This document shows, piece by piece, positions 1-9,617 of a DNA stretch of 64,000 nucleotides. Under the pieces are notes generated by a model, which was not told the DNA's origin, searched no databases, and saw only the letters and a list, made by a program, of their open reading frames with translations. Positions within the stretch are counted from its first letter, which is position 1. Every line of letters begins with the position of its first letter. The DNA comes from an uncultured bacterium (GTDB lineage: Bacteria; Abyssobacteria; SURF-5): assembly GCA_964607485.1 (NCBI GenBank), contig CAZSKP010000008.1, positions 32,001 to 96,000 on the forward strand, read 5' to 3'. The position numbers were made by a program, and so were the translations under genes.

Positions 1-1040
1 TCGGATGTTTCGTCATGACCGGGGCGCTGACGTTGATCATGGCCCACACTGCCGTGGCCGCCGCCGTGTACCCGCTGCTCATGGCCATATACACTCTCTA
101 TCAGGAAGACGAAAAGCCCACCCGATTCGGCAAAGGATTGTTCATCGGCATGGCGTTCACCGCGGGAGCGGGCAGCATAATCACACTGCTCGGCGCGGCC
201 CGGGGCGCGGTGGCCATAGGCTTCTTCAAAGACATGGCCGGGCGCGAGATCTCCTTCTTCGAGCTGTCCTACTACATGTTCCCCGTCGGATGGACGATGA
301 TTCTGCTCCTCTGGGGATTCTTCATGATTTTTTTCAAGCCGGAGAAGAAGACCATCCCCGGCCTGCGCGAGCGGGCGAAGGCCCTCAGCGCGAGGTTGGG
401 ACCTATCAGCCGCACCGAGATACTCACGCTGGTGATCGTGTTCTCCGCCATTGCGGTGCTGAGCCTGCGGTCGTTCATCCCGGCGCTCGACCCTCTCAAC
501 AAGAGCGCAATCATACTCGTCACGACCGTCCTGTTTTTCCTGTTCAAAATCCTCACCATTCAGGACCTCGAGGAAATCCCCTGGAACATCATCCTGCTGT
601 TCGGCGGCGCGATGAGCATCGGCTTCTGCCTGTGGCAGACGGGCGCAGCCAGTTGGCTCGCGGTCAAGTGGCTGGTCTTGTTCCAGGAGGCCCCGTGGTT
701 TGTGTTCGTCATGGCCATATCCTTCTTCGTGCTTGTGATGACCAACTTCATCATGAACGTGGCCGCGATAGCCATATCCCTGCCCGTCGCGCTGGTGATA
801 GCGGGCTACCTGAATGTGGCCCCCGAGGTGATTCTGTTCGCCTCGCTCACCACGGCGGGCATGCCTTTCGTCTTGCTGGTCGGGGCGGCGCCCAACGCCA
901 TCGCCTACGAGAGCAAGCAGTTTACCTCGGGCGAATTCTTCATGTACGGCGTGCCTGCAAGCCTCATGCTGATGGTTGTGCTGGGTGCTTTCGTCTGGGT
1001 CATATGGCCGCTCATGGGCATGCCGATACTCGCTCAATAG
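1..1040 (+). CDS. DASS/SLC13 family Na+:sulfate/dicarboxylate symporter, 5'-truncated by the window edge
   Basis: Multi-TM protein with motifs TLLGAARG, IPWNIILLFGGAMSIG and MPFVLLVGAAPNAIAY; the frame is open upstream of the ATG at 15. Confidence 0.85.
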   Translation, partial: GCFVMTGALTLIMAHTAVAAAVYPLLMAIYTLYQEDEKPTRFGKGLFIGMAFTAGAGSIITLLGAARGAVAIGFFKDMAGREISFFELSYYMFPVGWTMILLLWGFFMIFFKPEKKTIPGLRERAKALSARLGPISRTEILTLVIVFSAIAVLSLRSFIPALDPLNKSAIILVTTVLFFLFKILTIQDLEEIPWNIILLFGGAMSIGFCLWQTGAASWLAVKWLVLFQEAPWFVFVMAISFFVLVMTNFIMNVAAIAISLPVALVIAGYLNVAPEVILFASLTTAGMPFVLLVGAAPNAIAYESKQFTSGEFFMYGVPASLMLMVVLGAFVWVIWPLMGMPILAQ

Positions 1041-1063
1041 GATGAGCGGCCGCGTCGAAGTAT

Positions 1064-1092
1064 TTGACTAAAGAAGTTGCAGAGACTATAAT
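1064..1092 (+). promoter_or_regulatory. sigma70-type promoter for the porin leader
   Basis: TTGACT (1064-1069), 17 bp, TATAAT (1087-1092). Confidence 0.8.
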
Positions 1093-1155
1093 CGACCAAA
1101 TCATATAAGGGTGTCAGGTTTTTCTCCGATTCAACCCGCCTAAGGCAAGAGGCTA

Positions 1156-1223
1156 TGGCGGTTGAACGGCAGGTGCGGATGGAAACGTCCGTGCCCCCCA
1201 TCCTCGGAAAGGAGAAGACGCCA
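1156..1223 (+). promoter_or_regulatory. candidate riboswitch aptamer, resembling the Na+-sensing DUF1646 motif
   Basis: GGTTGAA-cGGCAGG-[hairpin cggatg gaaa cgtccg]-TGCCcCCC-..-GGAAAGGAG, closed by TGGCG/CGCCA. It lies between a consensus promoter and an intrinsic terminator. The family match is from memory of the consensus, not a covariance search. Confidence 0.55.
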
Positions 1224-1228
1224 AACGA

Positions 1229-1268
1229 AAGCCGGTTCCACGCGGTTTGGGGACTGGCTTTTCTTTTT
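1229..1268 (+). terminator. intrinsic terminator in the porin 5' leader (attenuator)
   Basis: Stem AAGCCGGTTCC / GGGACTGGCTT followed by TTCTTTTT, about 60 nt before the porin ATG. Confidence 0.75.
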
Positions 1269-1327
1269 GGAGCGAACAGGCCCTTGTATCACATTCACCA
1301 CTTGTTTCATCAGACAGGAGGTAACGA

Positions 1328-2809
1328 ATGAAGCACGCAAAATCCGTTTTGGCGGCCCTGCTGAGTATTCCCCGGAGGCTGTTTCTAGCTGTTCCTCTCT
1401 CAGCTTGCTTATGTCTCCTCTTCGGCGTCGGTCCCGCATGGGCTGAGGAGCCGGCGACCGTCGAGGAACGGCTGCTCCGCATGGAACGGGAGATACAGAC
1501 GCTGAGGCAAAAGAACGAACGGCTCGAGCATGAGGTGAGCGCTCTCAGGCAAAAGCTGGAAGCCGGACAATGCGCGGCCGCGAAGGCCGGCGGGGAAGCT
1601 GCGACGGAGACGGCGGGCGAAACCCAACCCGTGTGCGCCGCGGAGAAGCCCGGGGAATTCAATCTCCGACTCAAGGGGGAATATAAGAACGGCTTCGCGG
1701 TTTCTTCCGAAGACGGACTGTACAAGCTCAAGCTTGGCGGACGCGTCACGACCAGGTTCATGGCATTGGACTCGGACCATCCGTCCAATGACGAGTTCTC
1801 CGTCGAGCGGGCGCGCCTGTACACCAATCTGAGCCTGCTCGACCAATATGACCTGAGAATTCAAGTCGAGTTCGCCGAGAACCCCAAGCTCAAGGACGGC
1901 TATCTCGACATCCATTACGTCCCGTGGGCCCGCTTGAAGATGGGTCAATACAAGCCTCCCTTTACGTGGGAGAATCTCGAATCGCACAAATACATCGACT
2001 TCGCCGAGCGCTCCATCGCCGTGAACAACATGCGTCTGCCGAGCCGCGACATCGGCATCATGCTCCACGGCGGATTCTGCGACGACATGATTGAATACCA
2101 GTTGGCCGTCCTCAACGGAACGGGCGAGAACAAGGGCGACGACAACGACGCGAAAGACCTCGCGGGCCGGCTCTTCGTGCAGCCGTTCCGGGGCGCGGAA
2201 GGCGGAATCTTCTCCGACCTGCATCTGGGCGTTTCCGGCACGTGGGGCGACCAGAACACGGATTACTCAAGCACTTCGTTCAAGACGACCGCCGGAACGC
2301 CGTTCGTCGATTTCGCGGCCGATACCATGCACAAGGGAAACCGCAAGCGCCTCGGAACCGAGCTCATCTGGCCCGTCGGGCCCGCCTCGCTCAAGGCGGA
2401 GTGGATGCAGATGTGGCTGGATAACTTCCAACTGGAGCCGATGAGAGAGGGCCTTCAGTTCTACGCGTGGTACGTTTCGGGAAGCTACCTTCTGACCGGT
2501 GAGACGAAACCGCTGGGCAGGGTCGTTCCCAACCACCCGTTCGACCCCTCTCAAGGCGCCTGGGGCGCGTGGGAGGTGGCGGCGCGGTACTCCGTGTTCC
2601 ATAGCGACCGCGACCTTTTCGACCTCGGAATGGCCGAAGGCACCGACCAGACCGAGGCCTTCACCGTCGGGCTCAACTGGTATCTCAACCGGTTGTTCCG
2701 GGTGACATTTAACTACGAGCACACTGAGTTCGACGACGATCTCGTCATTGACGGGAAAACCCTTGACGACGAAGATGCATTTCTCCTGCAATGCCAGCTC
2801 GAATTCTGA
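1328..2809 (+). CDS. OprO/OprP-like (phosphate-selective porin family) outer-membrane porin with N-terminal coiled coil
   Basis: Signal peptide, coiled coil, RARL..., KMGQYKPPF..E, GAWEVAARYS, VGLNWYLN, C-terminal Phe. Confidence 0.85.
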   Translation: MKHAKSVLAALLSIPRRLFLAVPLSACLCLLFGVGPAWAEEPATVEERLLRMEREIQTLRQKNERLEHEVSALRQKLEAGQCAAAKAGGEAATETAGETQPVCAAEKPGEFNLRLKGEYKNGFAVSSEDGLYKLKLGGRVTTRFMALDSDHPSNDEFSVERARLYTNLSLLDQYDLRIQVEFAENPKLKDGYLDIHYVPWARLKMGQYKPPFTWENLESHKYIDFAERSIAVNNMRLPSRDIGIMLHGGFCDDMIEYQLAVLNGTGENKGDDNDAKDLAGRLFVQPFRGAEGGIFSDLHLGVSGTWGDQNTDYSSTSFKTTAGTPFVDFAADTMHKGNRKRLGTELIWPVGPASLKAEWMQMWLDNFQLEPMREGLQFYAWYVSGSYLLTGETKPLGRVVPNHPFDPSQGAWGAWEVAARYSVFHSDRDLFDLGMAEGTDQTEAFTVGLNWYLNRLFRVTFNYEHTEFDDDLVIDGKTLDDEDAFLLQCQLEF

Positions 2810-2846
2810 AATGTTGAAAAAAATCAAAGAAATCTGCTTTAATCGG

Positions 2847-2875
2847 TTGACAAGATTTATTTCTTCCCGTAAAAT
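2847..2875 (+). promoter_or_regulatory. sigma70-type promoter
   Basis: TTGACA, 17 bp, TAAAAT upstream of the FHA gene. Confidence 0.7.
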
Positions 2876-2949
2876 ACGTAAAAGATACTGGCTGTCCGGT
2901 TGGTCCGGCCGGCAAGCCTCGTGCGGATTCGACGAGATTCAGGGTTCTT

Positions 2950-3459
2950 ATGAAACTCATCGTCGTAAAGGGAAGCGGAACTGGCACCGAATTCAGATTG
3001 CACGATGGCATCAATATGCTCGGCCGGGACGTGACTAATCGCATCAGGCTGCTCGACACCAGGGTCTCACGCAAACATTGCAGGATACGGAAGCTGGGCC
3101 GCTCGCTGTTCCTCTTCGACCTCGGGACGAAGAACGGCACGCTCGTCAACGGCGTTTCGGTGAGCGAGCGGGAACTTGAGATAGGCGACCGCATCAAGGT
3201 GGGAAGCACGCTTCTCGAAGTTGCGGATGCGCATCATGTGCCGAAAAAAATCGACGAGAGTGCGGCGCCCGCCTCTTTCTTCCGTACCATCACGATGGCC
3301 GTCTTCGGTCAGCGGCGGAGTCAACGACCGACCGCGGTCGAGCGCGAGTTCGGGAAGTTCTTTCGGAGGCCCCGAAAATCGTTCTGGCGACCTTCCGTCG
3401 ATACCGACCCGCCCGAAGGCCGCCGCGAAACGCTGATCTCCCACTCCGACCCCGACTGA
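2950..3459 (+). CDS. FHA domain protein
   Basis: LGR...VSRKHC...DLGTKNGTLVNG...GDRIKVG FHA signature. Confidence 0.9.
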   Translation: MKLIVVKGSGTGTEFRLHDGINMLGRDVTNRIRLLDTRVSRKHCRIRKLGRSLFLFDLGTKNGTLVNGVSVSERELEIGDRIKVGSTLLEVADAHHVPKKIDESAAPASFFRTITMAVFGQRRSQRPTAVEREFGKFFRRPRKSFWRPSVDTDPPEGRRETLISHSDPD

Positions 3460-3529
3460 GATTGAACGCCGCTCTGTCCCCTCTTTTTCCCCCATATACC
3501 GTAAGTGTTTGCCGAACAGAGGAGAGTTT

Positions 3530-3558
3530 GTAGGGGCAGGCCCCTGCGCCTGCCCTAC
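3530..3558 (+). repeat. GTAG-type REP-like palindrome
   Basis: GTAGGGGCAGGCCCCTGCGCCTGCCCTAC between convergent genes; same arm as the repeat inside the RAYT gene (49543-49600). Confidence 0.75.
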
Positions 3559-3561
3559 TCT

Positions 3562-4884
3562 TCATTCAAACCAGGCGGGGTCGAGCTTGTTCTGCGAGGC
3601 TATTTGCGCGTACACCCTTGCGCTCGGTCGGGGCGACCGCTTCTGCGTCTCGTAGTCGACGGCGACGAGCCCGAAACGGGGAGTCAGCCCCTCGGCCCAC
3701 TCGAAGTTATCCAACAGCGACCAATGGAAATAGCCCCGAACGTCGGCGCCCTCGGAGACCGCCCTGTGAATCTGGGTCAGATGGTCTCGCAGGTAGGCGC
3801 GCCTGAGCGAATCGTCTGCGGCGGCGATTCCGTTCTCGGTAATGTATATCGGCTTGCCGTAGCGCTTCAACCACATCAGAACCCGGTGCAGCCCTTCCGG
3901 GTACAGTTCCCATCCGAGGTCGTTCGTGGCGCAGCCGGGACGGTTCATATTCTCCATGAACAGCATATGCGGCTTCAACAGATTGAAGCGAATCATTTCG
4001 CGCGTGTAGTAATTCAGCCCGATGAAATCGTGGGTGGCCGCGAGGAGCTGCACCTTCTGCCCCATGCCCAGCGGCCACGCCAGCCTGCCGGTATCGACGG
4101 CGTCGAGAAACCACTGGTTCAGTATGAAGTCGCCCAGCCTGGCGAGCGCCCTGTCGCACACGTGTCGCGGACGCAGGGGGTCTAAAAGCCGGATGTGTTT
4201 CGCTATGCCGACGCTGCTGCCCCGGCCGGGCGAGGTCTCGTGAATGATATGGTAGGCCAGCGCGTGCGCCCGCAGCATGTTGGTCATGACGATCGCCGCG
4301 CTCCGAAGACTCTTCGAACCCGGCGGCCAGATGCCCTCGACGTACCCCTCGTAGGCGTAAACCGAAGGCTCGTTTATCGTGTTCCAAAAGCGGACCAGTT
4401 CGCCCAGTTCGCTCGCCACCACTTTCGCGTAGCGCGTGAAGTACTCGACGACCTCTGGATTTTCCCAGCCGCCCGTTCTTGAAAGCCAGAGAGGATTGGT
4501 GAAATGGTGAAGCGTCACCAGCGGCTCGATGTCGCGTTCGCGAAGCGCTTCGAGCACGCGCCGGTAATGTGCGAGCGCCTCGGACGAAAACACGCCCTGC
4601 TGCGGCTCGATGCGGCTCCATTCAAGCGACAGCCGGTGCGCGTTGTGGCCGAGTTCCCGTGCGAGGTCGAAGTCCTCCTCGTACCTGTTGTACTGGTCGC
4701 AGGCGATCTCCGACGTCGTGCCGTCGGCTATCTTGCCGCCGCGATGTTCCCATTCCCACCAATCGTTGTTGCGGTTGCCTCCCTCCACCTGATGCGCGGC
4801 CGTCGCGGCGCCCCAGAGGAACCCCTTCGGGAATTCAATCGCCCTGCTCATCTCCATGTGATCAGTCCTAGTGCCTGGTTGCAA
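3562..4884 (-). CDS. glycoside hydrolase family 1 (beta-glucosidase); start probably near 4857
   Basis: FPKGFLWGAATAAHQVEG, catalytic TINEP and ITENG, WSLLDNFEWAEG. Confidence 0.95.
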   Translation of the reverse strand: MQPGTRTDHMEMSRAIEFPKGFLWGAATAAHQVEGGNRNNDWWEWEHRGGKIADGTTSEIACDQYNRYEEDFDLARELGHNAHRLSLEWSRIEPQQGVFSSEALAHYRRVLEALRERDIEPLVTLHHFTNPLWLSRTGGWENPEVVEYFTRYAKVVASELGELVRFWNTINEPSVYAYEGYVEGIWPPGSKSLRSAAIVMTNMLRAHALAYHIIHETSPGRGSSVGIAKHIRLLDPLRPRHVCDRALARLGDFILNQWFLDAVDTGRLAWPLGMGQKVQLLAATHDFIGLNYYTREMIRFNLLKPHMLFMENMNRPGCATNDLGWELYPEGLHRVLMWLKRYGKPIYITENGIAAADDSLRRAYLRDHLTQIHRAVSEGADVRGYFHWSLLDNFEWAEGLTPRFGLVAVDYETQKRSPRPSARVYAQIASQNKLDPAWFE

Positions 4885-4927
4885 AAATCGGCATTGTCTT
4901 GTCCCATCTTGAAATCCCCCTCAATCC

Positions 4928-5365
4928 CAGCGCTGTCCGGGATAGCAAATAGAAATCGGCCTGTTCAAGAGCCTTATGTGATATTGTAGCTTTGCGAGAA
5001 ACACAAGCCACATAAGGAGAACAAGCCGATGGCACATTATAACACGGTCATGAATCAACTGCTTGATTTGGTTCCGAGACATGAGTTCGGGCGTATTGTC
5101 AGAGAGCACGGAGGCGACCGCAACGTGAAGAAGTTTAGCTGCTTTCAGCAATTCGCCGTCATGCTGTTTGCTTAATTGCGCGGACTGGACAGTTTCAGAT
5201 AGATTCAGACTGCGCTTCGTGCTCACCAGGCACGCTGGTATCATCTTGGCCTTAGGACCGTCAAGCGCTCCACGTTGGCCGACGCAAACACCACTCGCCC
5301 ATGGCAGATATATCAGGAGTTGTATCATCAGATTCTTCATTGGTACCAGTGCTTCGCCCCAAAAC
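4928..5365 (+). pseudogene. IS4-family (DUF4372) transposase remnant with probable left end
   Basis: ATG at 5029 reads MAHYNTVMNQLLDLVPRHEF...QFAVMLFA*LRGLDSFR*IQ...WYHLGLRTVKRSTLADANTTRPWQIYQELY, with two in-frame stops and no DDE domain; IR-like CAGCGCTGTCC at 4928. Confidence 0.8.
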
Positions 5366-5534
5366 TCCTGGCGGTGTTCCTGTCAGAGATTGTCTTCTTT
5401 TGTCTCTGGGAGCGGTCCGCAGCCGCGCGGTTGTTGGACCGGCCCTCTATGTTGTCCACGTTGGTCTCTTCTTTTTCGGGCATCCGCCCTAGCGAACGCG
5501 CTCGTCCTGCGCAAACGCACTCCCTTACATCACC

Positions 5535-6170
5535 TCAGCTGAACACCCCCACAAGTGCCGCTGTCGCGATGATTTGCACTGCAACTATACCCGTAATCCA
5601 GGACGGCCTGTTTGCCATAAATCTTTCCGGGCCAGGTATGGCTTTGATAAAGAAGGAGGCATTCGCTAGATTAAAGACCACGATAATCCAGAATAGCGCT
5701 GTACCTCCTCCGTAAACCCACCAACAGAAAACTCCATAGATTGTCTCGAAGGCGAAGGCAACAGGGGGCTTTTCGTAGAGCTCTAGGCCCAACTTCCTGT
5801 CCGTCCAAAATGGCATTATGACAATATCACGGGCATGACTAATCAAATCGAGCACGAGATGCGAACAGATTCCCACTGCAAGGGCCATTCCTACATCATG
5901 CGTTTTGAAGCCCAAGGCAAAGAGCATCCATGCGCCCAGCGCCAAAACGACCGTAGAGACAACTGAGTGAGAAAACGGCATATACTCAAGATGCACGTCC
6001 CTGACCGATTCCACTCTGTTTTCGGTCGATGTCTTTTCTATGCCAAGAAAGTTGAGTACGACCCAGAGGCCCTCTATGAGCTGAACAGAAACTAATATCG
6101 CTACCATCGGTGCGTCGGGAAATATCCTTTTGATAATCAAACCAGTGGCCGCATGATTTATGGCGAACAT
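5535..6170 (-). CDS. integral membrane protein, YdjM-like metal-dependent hydrolase family
   Basis: MFAINHAA, PFSHS and SHLVLDLISH His motifs; several TM segments; AT-richer than the backbone. Confidence 0.65.
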   Translation of the reverse strand: MFAINHAATGLIIKRIFPDAPMVAILVSVQLIEGLWVVLNFLGIEKTSTENRVESVRDVHLEYMPFSHSVVSTVVLALGAWMLFALGFKTHDVGMALAVGICSHLVLDLISHARDIVIMPFWTDRKLGLELYEKPPVAFAFETIYGVFCWWVYGGGTALFWIIVVFNLANASFFIKAIPGPERFMANRPSWITGIVAVQIIATAALVGVFS

Positions 6171-6357
6171 GCCCGGATCTCCTTTGCAGGCCTCGTTTGT
6201 ATCGACTTCCTTTCCAACTTAATTGACATAACAATATATTAAGCGATATGCGCACTCTAGCGGTATTATGCAGGAATTTCATTTCAAAGGAAAGGTCCCT
6301 TCTTCGGCTTTTGAGGAGACGCAACCGTGAGAATCTCGGCATTTCCACGAGTGCGTG

Positions 6358-7437
6358 CTAGCCCTTCTCCAGCTCGTCTATCAGATTGTAGTAACAGTCC
6401 CGCTGCCGGGGCGCGAAGCCTGCATCTTCGATGATTGTCCTCATCTCCGAAAGGCTCATCCTGAACGTGACCCCCGCGGCGCGCACGACGTTTTCCTCTA
6501 TCATCGTGCTGCCCAAATCGTTCGCGCCGAATTGAAGCGCCAGTTGAGCTACCTTTGCGCCCTGGGTGACCCATGACGCCTGAATGTTCGGAACGTTGTC
6601 GAGGAACAGGCGCGAGACGGCCAGCGTCTTCAGGTACTCGACGCCGCCCGCCGGCGTTCCGCCCATTTCTGTGTTGGACGGTTGGAAGGTCCACGGGATG
6701 AACGCCGTGAAGCCGCCCGTCTCATCCTGCAGTTCGCGAACCTTTGAAAGGTGCTCGACCCTGTCCGCATAGTTTTCAGCATGCGCGAACATCATCGTCG
6801 CCGTCGTGCGCATTCCCATCTTGTGCGCGGTCCTCATCACGTCGAGCCATTCCCTGGCGGTGCACTTGCACGGGCTTATCCGGGAGCGAACGTGTTCCGC
6901 CAGAATCTCCGCGCCTCCGCCGGGAATCGTGTCGAGCCCCGCCGAACGCAGCCGCGAAATCACCTGCGGAACGGCCATCGCGTTGAGTCGCGCAAAATGA
7001 ACGATCTCGGGCGGCGAGAAGCCGTGTATGTGGATTTTGAACTCGCGCTTGATGAACCTGAGCATGTCGCAGTAGAACTGGAGCCGAAGGTCGGGGTGAA
7101 GCCCTCCCTGGAGCAATATCTGTGTGCCGCCCAGCTCGACCGTCTCCCTTATCTTTTGGGCCAGTCCCCGCCGGGACAGCACGTAGGCGTCGGGCATGCC
7201 GGCCGACCGGTGAAACGCGCAGAACTTGCATCCGGACACGCAGATGTTCGTGTAGTTGATGTTGCGGTCCACAGCGTAGGTGACAAGGCCGTCGGGATGC
7301 AGCCGCCGGCGGATTTCGTTGGCGACGCCGCCGATGGCGAGCAGGTCGTTGGAATGAAACAGCGCCAGCGCGGACTCTTCGTCGATGCGGCGGCCTTCGA
7401 GCGCGGAACGCAGGATGTTAGCGGTCGTCAACGGCAA
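6358..7437 (-). CDS. mqnC: cyclic dehypoxanthinyl futalosine synthase (radical SAM)
   Basis: DRNINYTNIC..GCKFCAF, ILLQGG, IPGGGAEIL, QASWVTQG, GSTMIEENVV. Confidence 0.92.
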   Translation of the reverse strand: MPLTTANILRSALEGRRIDEESALALFHSNDLLAIGGVANEIRRRLHPDGLVTYAVDRNINYTNICVSGCKFCAFHRSAGMPDAYVLSRRGLAQKIRETVELGGTQILLQGGLHPDLRLQFYCDMLRFIKREFKIHIHGFSPPEIVHFARLNAMAVPQVISRLRSAGLDTIPGGGAEILAEHVRSRISPCKCTAREWLDVMRTAHKMGMRTTATMMFAHAENYADRVEHLSKVRELQDETGGFTAFIPWTFQPSNTEMGGTPAGGVEYLKTLAVSRLFLDNVPNIQASWVTQGAKVAQLALQFGANDLGSTMIEENVVRAAGVTFRMSLSEMRTIIEDAGFAPRQRDCYYNLIDELEKG

Positions 7438-8230
7438 TCCGAACGTCTCCCGGGCAGAGCCCGTCTTCGGCGGCGAGCTTCTGGAACGTGCGCAGCGCCT
7501 CGGCTTCGCGCTCGCCCAGTTCGTACCTCATGATGTTCTTCAAGTAATTCAGGCAGGTCTCTTCGCTCAAGCCGGTATCCTTGGCGGCCTCAGCGGCTAT
7601 CTCGCGCACCCTCGCCAGCCCCTCGTCGCGCGCCTTCGACAGCTTCGGCCGCAACGCGCGCACGTCCACGTCGCCCCTGGCCACCCACATCGCGTAAACG
7701 AACGGCAGCCCGGTGAGCTTTTTCCATTCTTCGCCCAGGTCGAAAACGAAGGTGGGACTCTCCGACCGGAACGTCATCGCCGGGTCGCCTATCAGCAGCA
7801 TCGCGTCGGCGTCGATGTCGCTCAGGGCCGCGTCGGGCGCGCATCTTGTAAGGCTCGGGAGCGAGCCGAGCTTCCTTTTCAGCAGAATCTTTGACAGCGC
7901 CACCGAGGTGCGCGAACTCTCGTCGAGCGCCAGCGAGCGGATGTCCCTGACGGATTTCTTCGAAAAAATGCGCACGCTCTCCACCATTCCGTCGGCGGAG
8001 ATGGAAATGCCCGGCACTATCCGATAGCCATTGTTCCGAAAGTACTCGATTGACGGCAGCAGCGCCGCGTCGAGCCGGGCCTGTTCCATCATCTGCGTGA
8101 GGAGGCTCGGGACCTCATGCGTCAATTCAGTCGTCGGCGGCTCGGCCGGGTCCAAGTAGCGTACGAGCGGCCTCCCGTTCAGAAATGGGACCGCTCCCAG
8201 TCGGAGCGCGCCGGTTGCCCCGCCCATCAT
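7418..8230 (-). CDS. mqnA: chorismate dehydratase
   Basis: GAVPFLNGRPL, SRTSVAL, LLIGDPA, DLGEEWKKLTGLPFVYAMW; lies between mqnE and mqnC. Confidence 0.9.
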   Translation of the reverse strand: MMGGATGALRLGAVPFLNGRPLVRYLDPAEPPTTELTHEVPSLLTQMMEQARLDAALLPSIEYFRNNGYRIVPGISISADGMVESVRIFSKKSVRDIRSLALDESSRTSVALSKILLKRKLGSLPSLTRCAPDAALSDIDADAMLLIGDPAMTFRSESPTFVFDLGEEWKKLTGLPFVYAMWVARGDVDVRALRPKLSKARDEGLARVREIAAEAAKDTGLSEETCLNYLKNIMRYELGEREAEALRTFQKLAAEDGLCPGDVRIAVDDR

Positions 8231-9369
8231 TTGCGAGCTCCCGGTATCCCGCGTTTCACGACGCCGTACAGGGTGTCGCGTTCGACGGGAACGCGTCCGG
8301 CCTCGACGATGAGCCGCTCCAGTTCCTTCACGGTGAGCGCCTGCGGAGTCTCGGCGCCGGCGGCGTGGGTGATGCGCTCCTCGACCACGGTCCCGTCGAT
8401 GTCGTCAACGCCGAACCAGAGCGACACCTGCGCGAGCTTTATCCCAAGCATTATCCAGAACGCCTTCACGTGGTCGAAGTTGTCGAGCATCAATCTGCCG
8501 ATGGCGAGCGTCTTGAGGTCGGTGAAGCCGGTCGTCGGCGGTCTGTCGCTCAACTCCGTGTTGGCCGGATGAAACGCGAGCGGAATGAAGCTCATGAATC
8601 CGCCCGTCTCGTCCTGCAACTCGCGCAGCCTGACCATGTGCTCTATTCGTTCCTCTTCGGTTTCGATGTGGCCGTAAAGCATCGTGGCATTGCTGCGCAG
8701 GCCGAGCCGGTGAGCCTCGCGCATGACGTCCAGCCATTTCTCGGCGGACAGTTTTTCGGGACACACAAGCTCGCGCACGCGGGGTGAGAACACCTCTGCG
8801 CCGCCGCCCGGGAGCGACCCCAGCCCCGCCTTTTTCAGCTCCTGCAGAGTCTCGCCGACGCGCAGGCCGGCCACCTCCGCGATGTGCGCGATCTCGACCG
8901 CCGTGAACGCCTGCAGATGCACGTGAGGAAAAGCGTTGTGCAGCTTGCCTATCATCTCAAGGTATCGCGAGAACGGCCACGTCGGATGCGCGCCGCCGAC
9001 GATGTGGATTTCCGTCGCGCCCAACGTGCGCACCTGCTTGGCGCGCTCCATCATCTCGGCCATCGTCATCTCGTACGCGCCGCGTTCGTCGGGCCCTCTC
9101 CGGCTGAACGCGCAGAAGCGGCAGTTGTTCTTGCAGATGTTCGAGTAGTTTATGTGGAGGTTCACCACGTAATAGGCGAGGTCGCCGTTCTTGCGCTCGC
9201 GGGCCATGTTGGCCATGTGCCCCAGCGCGAGGATGTCGTTGCTCCGATACAGTCGCAGGCCGTCCTCCGGTTCGAGCCGGCGGCCTTCCTGCACCTTGTG
9301 GTATATGTCGGCGAGTTCGCTCTTCTCAAGAAGCTCAGAGATCACTGGATTGTTCCTTGATGTTTCCAT
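8227..9369 (-). CDS. mqnE: aminofutalosine synthase (radical SAM)
   Basis: HINYSNIC..NCRFCAF, EIHIVGG, AFTAVEI, SNATMLYGHIE, HVKAFWIM, DGTVVEERITH. Confidence 0.92.
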   Translation of the reverse strand: METSRNNPVISELLEKSELADIYHKVQEGRRLEPEDGLRLYRSNDILALGHMANMARERKNGDLAYYVVNLHINYSNICKNNCRFCAFSRRGPDERGAYEMTMAEMMERAKQVRTLGATEIHIVGGAHPTWPFSRYLEMIGKLHNAFPHVHLQAFTAVEIAHIAEVAGLRVGETLQELKKAGLGSLPGGGAEVFSPRVRELVCPEKLSAEKWLDVMREAHRLGLRSNATMLYGHIETEEERIEHMVRLRELQDETGGFMSFIPLAFHPANTELSDRPPTTGFTDLKTLAIGRLMLDNFDHVKAFWIMLGIKLAQVSLWFGVDDIDGTVVEERITHAAGAETPQALTVKELERLIVEAGRVPVERDTLYGVVKRGIPGARK

Positions 9370-9518
9370 TGTTCAGGATAAAATAGACAAACTCCGGCCA
9401 TCATTCCCGGAAATATGTGGTCCCGCCTTCGGGCCGGCAACCCCTCATTTTATCTCTCCGCCCGCCCCAAGTCAAGACCGCCGCCGGGGCTGTCGCAGGG
9501 TTAAAAAGAGAAAAGGCG

Positions 9519-9595
9519 AAAAGGGGAAGGGGAAATCGGTTTCGGGTTTACGGTTTATGGTTTAGGGTTCAATATTCTCACGCAAAGCCGCCAAG
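9519..9595. repeat. repeat cluster at the left edge of the GxxExxY island
   Basis: AAAAGGGGAAGGGGAAA (also at 11612-11628), a 7-mer tandem GGTTT(C/A)N, then ATATTCTCACGCAAAGCCGCCAAG. Confidence 0.7.
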
Positions 9596-9617
9596 ATTTT
9601 CTCCGTGTCTCTGCGGT

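Noticed and set aside
1100-1150. Purine riboswitch suggested by TCATATAA
   Set aside because: The remaining core (TATGG loop, TTTCTACC, CCGTAAA) is absent.
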